Below are positions 59,803-64,000 of a stretch of 64,000 bases of DNA, piece after piece (within the stretch, counting starts at the first letter, position 1; the number at the start of each line of letters is the position of its first letter). Location of the stretch: assembly GCA_007133565.1 (NCBI GenBank), contig SLMM01000088.1, positions 4,191 through 68,190 on the forward strand, given 5' to 3'. The notes beneath the pieces were generated by a model. The model did not search any database. It saw nothing but the letters and a program-made list of their open reading frames with translations, and was not told where the DNA came from. Position numbers and translations under genes: made by a program. The DNA is from Bacteroidales bacterium. Lineage in GTDB: Bacteria > Bacteroidota > Bacteroidia > Bacteroidales > PUMT01.

Positions 59803-61665
59803 TCAGTCCCCCATATTTCCTTCCTCCTTCTTTTTTACTCCGAACATGGGATCTATCTTAAGGTAAAAGATTATTATGAACCCGGGGATGGTGCATATCA
59901 CTACCCAGATAAAAAAGTTGATGTAGCCCACGATCTCCTGTATCCATCCCGATATCATACCAGGAAGCATCATACCCAGCGCCATGAACCCGGTGCAGAA
60001 AGCAAAATGCGCCGTCTTGTGGCTGCCTTCAGAAAAGTGTATCATATAAAGCATATAGGCAGTGAACCCGAACCCGTAACCGAACTGCTCAAAAGCGACC
60101 CCGCCTGAAATGATCCACATGCTCTGAGGTGTGTAGACCGACAAAAGCACATATACAAGGTTGGGGACATTCATTGCAAGAGCCATCGGCAAAACCCAGA
60201 ATTTCAAACCCTTGCGTGATGCAACAATTCCACCCACTATACCTCCGAGGGTAAGGGCAAGAATCCCAATGGTACCGTATATAAGGCCCACATCACCTGT
60301 TGTAAGTCCCAGTCCACCCACCTCACGAGGATCGAGCATGAACGGCGATGCCATTTTGACTATTTGTGCCTCTCCAAGCCTGTACAAAAGGAGGAAAGCA
60401 AGCGCCGGACCTATGTTCTCTTTTCTGAAAAAGGCACTGAAAGTTTTGATGAAGCCGGAAAAAATACTTTTGCCCTTCTCATTTGCCGAAGGCTTGTCGC
60501 CCGAGGGGAATGGCAGGAAAAACCGGTGGTAAAGCATAAACACCAGGAAGAGTCCGGCAAGAAAAAAGAAAGTTACCGTCCATGCAAACGGGATGTTGCC
60601 TGAAAGCCCTTCAAAATGAGCCTCAGCGGGTCTGTCCAGTGCCGGGTCAAGCTGAACTGCCATCCACGCGGTCTGGTCCCAGTTATCCATGGTAAAAACC
60701 AGCCTCTCGCCCCTGACAAGACGTATGCTTCCATCCCCCCTCTGAAAGCCCGTATTCAGTACAACCTCCTCATCAGAACCGGGGGGAGATGACAACGAAA
60801 CCCCGAGAAGGGCAACATTCCCTTGCATCTCACCCAATGTCAGGTCATCATCGTCCTCAATACCCAGCATCTCTTTAAGCCATACCCCGAGAGGTCCGGA
60901 AACCGAGCGGGCAAACCAGGAAACAGAGGGTTCAATATCGGGCTCGGGCTCGGCAAACCCGTTAATGATATTCTGTTCGCCTGCAAAAGCGAGCATCTCG
61001 TTTGCCTTTTCACGGTCAATGTTTGCAGCAGACAACTGTATCTCCTCACTGGTTATTACGAAACTGCGCCTTCCTTCATTCCTGTCGTCTATGGGGTCGG
61101 ATTTGTACACGCCGCCAGGCAGTTGCGGGTCGGCAGTCACCGTAAACCTCACCGGCTCCAGTCCCGTCCGCGTCTCAATGAACCCGGCAAGAATTATCAG
61201 CAGTCCCTGTCCGGTTATCATCGCAAACCGGTAAAAAGTACTCCTGATACCGACAAAATAGGCCTGTTCATGCTCCGTCAGCCCCAGCATGTAGAACCCG
61301 TCAGCAGCAATGTCATGGGTGGCCGAGCTGAACGCCAGGAGCCAGAAGAAGGCAAGCGTAGCCTGGAAAAAGCCGGGCACGGGTATGGTAAACGCCACCC
61401 CCGCCAGTCCGGCTCCCACCATCAGCTGCATCACAACAATCCACCACCTTTTTGTTTTGAGCAGGTCGACCACCGGGCTCCAGAAAGGCTTTATAACCCA
61501 GGGCAGGTACAGCCAGCTTGTATAAAGGGCTATATCGGCATTGGATATCCCAAGGCGCTTGTACATTATTACCGAAACGGTCATTACAACGACATAGGGA
61601 ATTCCCTGTGCAAAGTATAGTGAGGGCACCCATGCCCATGCTGAACGGTGGCTGACTTTCTTCAT
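59803..61665 (-). CDS. ampG: AmpG-family MFS muropeptide permease homolog with a large internal insertion
   Basis: AmpG-like N-terminus (SLYFAQGIPY, LYLPWVIKPFWSPVVD) with a total of about 12 hydrophobic helices. A ~190-residue hydrophilic, acidic segment (residues ~165-358) interrupts the N-terminal half. Confidence 0.65.
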   Translation of the reverse strand: MKKVSHRSAWAWVPSLYFAQGIPYVVVMTVSVIMYKRLGISNADIALYTSWLYLPWVIKPFWSPVVDLLKTKRWWIVVMQLMVGAGLAGVAFTIPVPGFFQATLAFFWLLAFSSATHDIAADGFYMLGLTEHEQAYFVGIRSTFYRFAMITGQGLLIILAGFIETRTGLEPVRFTVTADPQLPGGVYKSDPIDDRNEGRRSFVITSEEIQLSAANIDREKANEMLAFAGEQNIINGFAEPEPDIEPSVSWFARSVSGPLGVWLKEMLGIEDDDDLTLGEMQGNVALLGVSLSSPPGSDEEVVLNTGFQRGDGSIRLVRGERLVFTMDNWDQTAWMAVQLDPALDRPAEAHFEGLSGNIPFAWTVTFFFLAGLFLVFMLYHRFFLPFPSGDKPSANEKGKSIFSGFIKTFSAFFRKENIGPALAFLLLYRLGEAQIVKMASPFMLDPREVGGLGLTTGDVGLIYGTIGILALTLGGIVGGIVASRKGLKFWVLPMALAMNVPNLVYVLLSVYTPQSMWIISGGVAFEQFGYGFGFTAYMLYMIHFSEGSHKTAHFAFCTGFMALGMMLPGMISGWIQEIVGYINFFIWVVICTIPGFIIIFYLKIDPMFGVKKKEEGNMGD

Positions 61666-61682
61666 GTCTGTAGTTTAATGTT

Positions 61683-62495
61683 TTATAAGCTGTGCTTCTC
61701 AGCGGCAGGATTGCCGGGGAGCAAAGCAGTACGATACCCTTTTTGTTTAAGATCACCTATCATGTCGTAAAGATGATAGTACAGCGGATCAGGCCTGTCA
61801 GGCCCTACACCCGGGTGTATCAGCAGGATCTTCCCACCCAGGCCGTGTTCTTCCTCATATTCCCACAAACGTTCCAGGATCTGCGCTGAAGTCCGGTAAT
61901 TATCCATTACGGGGGTGGTGTAATCGGCATTTGTCCCTATCCCGGGAGTGAAGTTCACCACCTCCATACCCATCTCATTGGTCCATTCCACTATAGAGGT
62001 GTTGTACCATTCATATGGGGTAAGGAACCAACCGACATCCCCGGGGGCAATGCCATATGGTTCCAGCGATTTGATATTCTTCCGCAGGTCATCCTCAAAC
62101 TCCTCCCTGGTAACAAGCAGAGAATCTCTTTCGGGCCCCACATCCCAGGGCACATAAAGCAGGTGGGCGTCTGAATGGGGGCCCAGATGGTGCCCGCCGC
62201 TCACAATACCTTCTATGGCCTTGCGGTTTGCAGGTTCCCTGAGGCATTCTCCGGTAAGGAAAAAAGATGCCTTTACACCGTGGCGGCCGAGTGCATCCAT
62301 AACAATATCCACACCCTCAAAATGGTCATGTGCCGAAAATAGAAGGTAAACCTTCTCCCCGGCATTACTGAACCGGGTAACAGCACCAAACCTGTCCTTC
62401 ACCGGCTCAGGCTCAACGGCCGCTCCTCCATTGCAACCGTTGAGAATTATAATAAACAATGCAACATTTATTCTGAATAGTGGACCGGTTCTCAT
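61683..62495 (-). CDS. Polysaccharide/peptidoglycan deacetylase-family lipoprotein
   Basis: Lipobox LNGC, with HGVKASFFLTGE and GGHHLGPHSDAH segments resembling CE4-type deacetylases. It starts 11 nt downstream of the SpoIID/LytB gene, and AmpG starts 17 nt downstream of it. Confidence 0.6.
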   Translation of the reverse strand: MRTGPLFRINVALFIIILNGCNGGAAVEPEPVKDRFGAVTRFSNAGEKVYLLFSAHDHFEGVDIVMDALGRHGVKASFFLTGECLREPANRKAIEGIVSGGHHLGPHSDAHLLYVPWDVGPERDSLLVTREEFEDDLRKNIKSLEPYGIAPGDVGWFLTPYEWYNTSIVEWTNEMGMEVVNFTPGIGTNADYTTPVMDNYRTSAQILERLWEYEEEHGLGGKILLIHPGVGPDRPDPLYYHLYDMIGDLKQKGYRTALLPGNPAAEKHSL

Positions 62496-62506
62496 GGAAA
62501 TATAAT

Positions 62507-63841
62507 TTAATATCTCGTCTCAAGGGTTGATCCCGGAAAATAATGTGACAGGATATCCTGGTAGGAGTAGCCGCCTGAGCCCATAACTGCAGCACCAATC
62601 TGGCACAATCCTACCCCGTGCCCCCAGCCGGCACCCCTGAGGGTAAACCCGGCAGGGATACCGTTTACGGTATCTCCGGGTTCGGCAATAAATGCAGAGC
62701 TGTAAAGATGCGAAGGAGAAAGTGCCCTCCTGATCTCAAGTTCCTTCCCGATTACCAGTGTTCCTTTTGTGCCCTTTATCCTCAGCCTTATCATGCGGCC
62801 CGACACTCCCCGTTCAACAGGCTCGAGTTCAATTATATCGCCAAGGTCGACATTAACCTTCTCTTTAAGAAGGTCCTTAACCTCTTTCTGGGTCAGGTTA
62901 ACCGACCACCTGTAGAAGTTAACCGTCTCCTGGTCATAGTCGTTCAGCACCTGGCTCAGCACGTAGGTGCTCCTTGTATTGCAGAATGAGTCAGGATTGC
63001 CGGTTATCCAGATCTGTGCAGCCTCCTCACCGGAAAGGTCGGTGTCATATCCCGGAGGATCATCAGGATTGTCAACAACTTTTGTCAGGTATGGGTGGGC
63101 TACGGGTTCCCAGACATTTTCGAATTTCTCACTTATACCCCCACAGCACTTCGAGTATCTTGCATCGCATATTTTTCCTTCATAGGCAAGCACCATGCCT
63201 GAAGTTGAGTTTACCGCCTCCTCTACGGTGGGCGTACCGGCCCTTGTTATCCCCTGGTACCGCTGGCAGTGATCATCGGCGCAAACATCAAAGTTTTTGT
63301 GATCCTCCCTGTCATACCATCTGATAATTTCCCCGTCTTTTTCGATTGAGGTTACATACCCACCCTTATCCTTCAACCTGGCTTCCTTCTCCTTCTGTGC
63401 AAGCAGCCAGCTACGGGATATGACAGCATGGGCCTTCAGCAGCTCAGCCGAAGAGGTGGCGCTCATTTCAGATGATATTACGCTTACCAGGTACTCTTCA
63501 AGAGGCAGTACATTGATTGCCGTCAGCAGGCCATTCTCTTCAATTATCCTCAGCCCCCCCCTGAACCGCTGGTCTTCCTTCCTTTCCCAGTGGAAGTTTA
63601 TGCCTATCGTGACCTCTCTCAGGTCGAAGCTGCAGTCGCTGCAATCGACAGGCTCAAGATCAACAGGAAAGCCGGCGCTGACGGGGCTGTTGCCTATTGA
63701 AAAATTCAGTTTGCCGTTATCCAGAACGGCAGTTCCCGGCCCTTCGAACTCTATACCGCTCTCCAGGTGCCTGTAACGGCCGTTAAGGTTGAAGACAACC
63801 CTTGGTGAAAACAATATGCCTACATTGATTTTTGGTTGCAT
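62507..63841 (-). CDS. SpoIID/LytB-domain protein
   Basis: LLKAHAVISRSW, FDVCADDHCQRYQG, CCGGISE and GWGHGVGLCQIGA motifs of the SpoIID/LytB family. No N-terminal hydrophobic segment is present. Confidence 0.8.
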   Translation of the reverse strand: MQPKINVGILFSPRVVFNLNGRYRHLESGIEFEGPGTAVLDNGKLNFSIGNSPVSAGFPVDLEPVDCSDCSFDLREVTIGINFHWERKEDQRFRGGLRIIEENGLLTAINVLPLEEYLVSVISSEMSATSSAELLKAHAVISRSWLLAQKEKEARLKDKGGYVTSIEKDGEIIRWYDREDHKNFDVCADDHCQRYQGITRAGTPTVEEAVNSTSGMVLAYEGKICDARYSKCCGGISEKFENVWEPVAHPYLTKVVDNPDDPPGYDTDLSGEEAAQIWITGNPDSFCNTRSTYVLSQVLNDYDQETVNFYRWSVNLTQKEVKDLLKEKVNVDLGDIIELEPVERGVSGRMIRLRIKGTKGTLVIGKELEIRRALSPSHLYSSAFIAEPGDTVNGIPAGFTLRGAGWGHGVGLCQIGAAVMGSGGYSYQDILSHYFPGSTLETRY

Positions 63842-63871
63842 GATATCGGTTTTTTATTATTTAAAGTTTAG

Positions 63872-64000
63872 TCAAATCCTCTTCAGACGTTCAAGCAGCA
63901 AGGCCCACTCATCATTACCCAGGCTCACCTGCCCGAAAATATCATTTACAATGGCAGCATCGATCTTTTCAAAATCCTCCTGCCTGGGTGTAATCCATAC
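63872..64000 (-). CDS. 3' end of an unidentified CDS that continues beyond the window
   Basis: 43 open codons reach the window edge (...FEKIDAAIVNDIFGQVSLGNDEWALLLERLKRI*). The stop lies 30 nt upstream of the SpoIID/LytB start on the same strand. Confidence 0.3.
   Translation of the reverse strand, partial: VWITPRQEDFEKIDAAIVNDIFGQVSLGNDEWALLLERLKRI

Overview
This window looks like a densely coded core-chromosome segment of a Bacteroidota-type genome. The assignment rests on mid-range GC by eye, several perfect TAnnTTTG -7 promoter boxes and typical Bacteroidota gene content. I support about 50 CDS on both strands, most of them housekeeping. They include gyrB, ftsE, metX, plsY, the folP-cdaA pair, tmk, tpiA, rsmE, an ECF sigma factor, uvrA and hflKC. 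A same-strand glycine/serine string runs gcvT, comB-like, serC, serA, DUF1015, yggS and a DHOD-like gene. The remaining housekeeping genes are clpB, a MATE exporter, a creatininase-fold protein, guaA and an S41 protease. I found no rRNA or tRNA genes, CRISPR arrays, integrases, transposases or restriction/defence islands, so this does not look like an accessory island. Seven items stand out. (1) An insulated SiaB/SiaC-type Thr-phosphorylation partner switch has no SiaA phosphatase or SiaD cyclase in the window. It lies next to an ABCG-type transporter with a long uncharacterised N-terminal extension. (2) An orphan Hpt-STAS gene pair. (3) A 1497-aa secreted ORF with no motif I recognise and an internal repeat. 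(4) The serine operon carries DUF1015, YggS and a dihydroorotate-dehydrogenase-like paralog that lacks the catalytic SCPN motif. A ComB-like phosphatase is translationally coupled to gcvT, and no serB is visible. (5) A peptidoglycan-turnover locus holds a transglutaminase-like lipoprotein, NamZ/DUF1343, AmpG, a deacetylase and a SpoIID/LytB protein. Its AmpG homolog carries a ~190-aa insertion and its SpoIID/LytB protein lacks a signal peptide. (6) A 12-nt direct repeat with 21-bp phasing lies in the clpB leader. (7) An ATGA-coupled FemAB-like/deacetylase-like pair. All family assignments come from motif recognition by eye; no searches were run.
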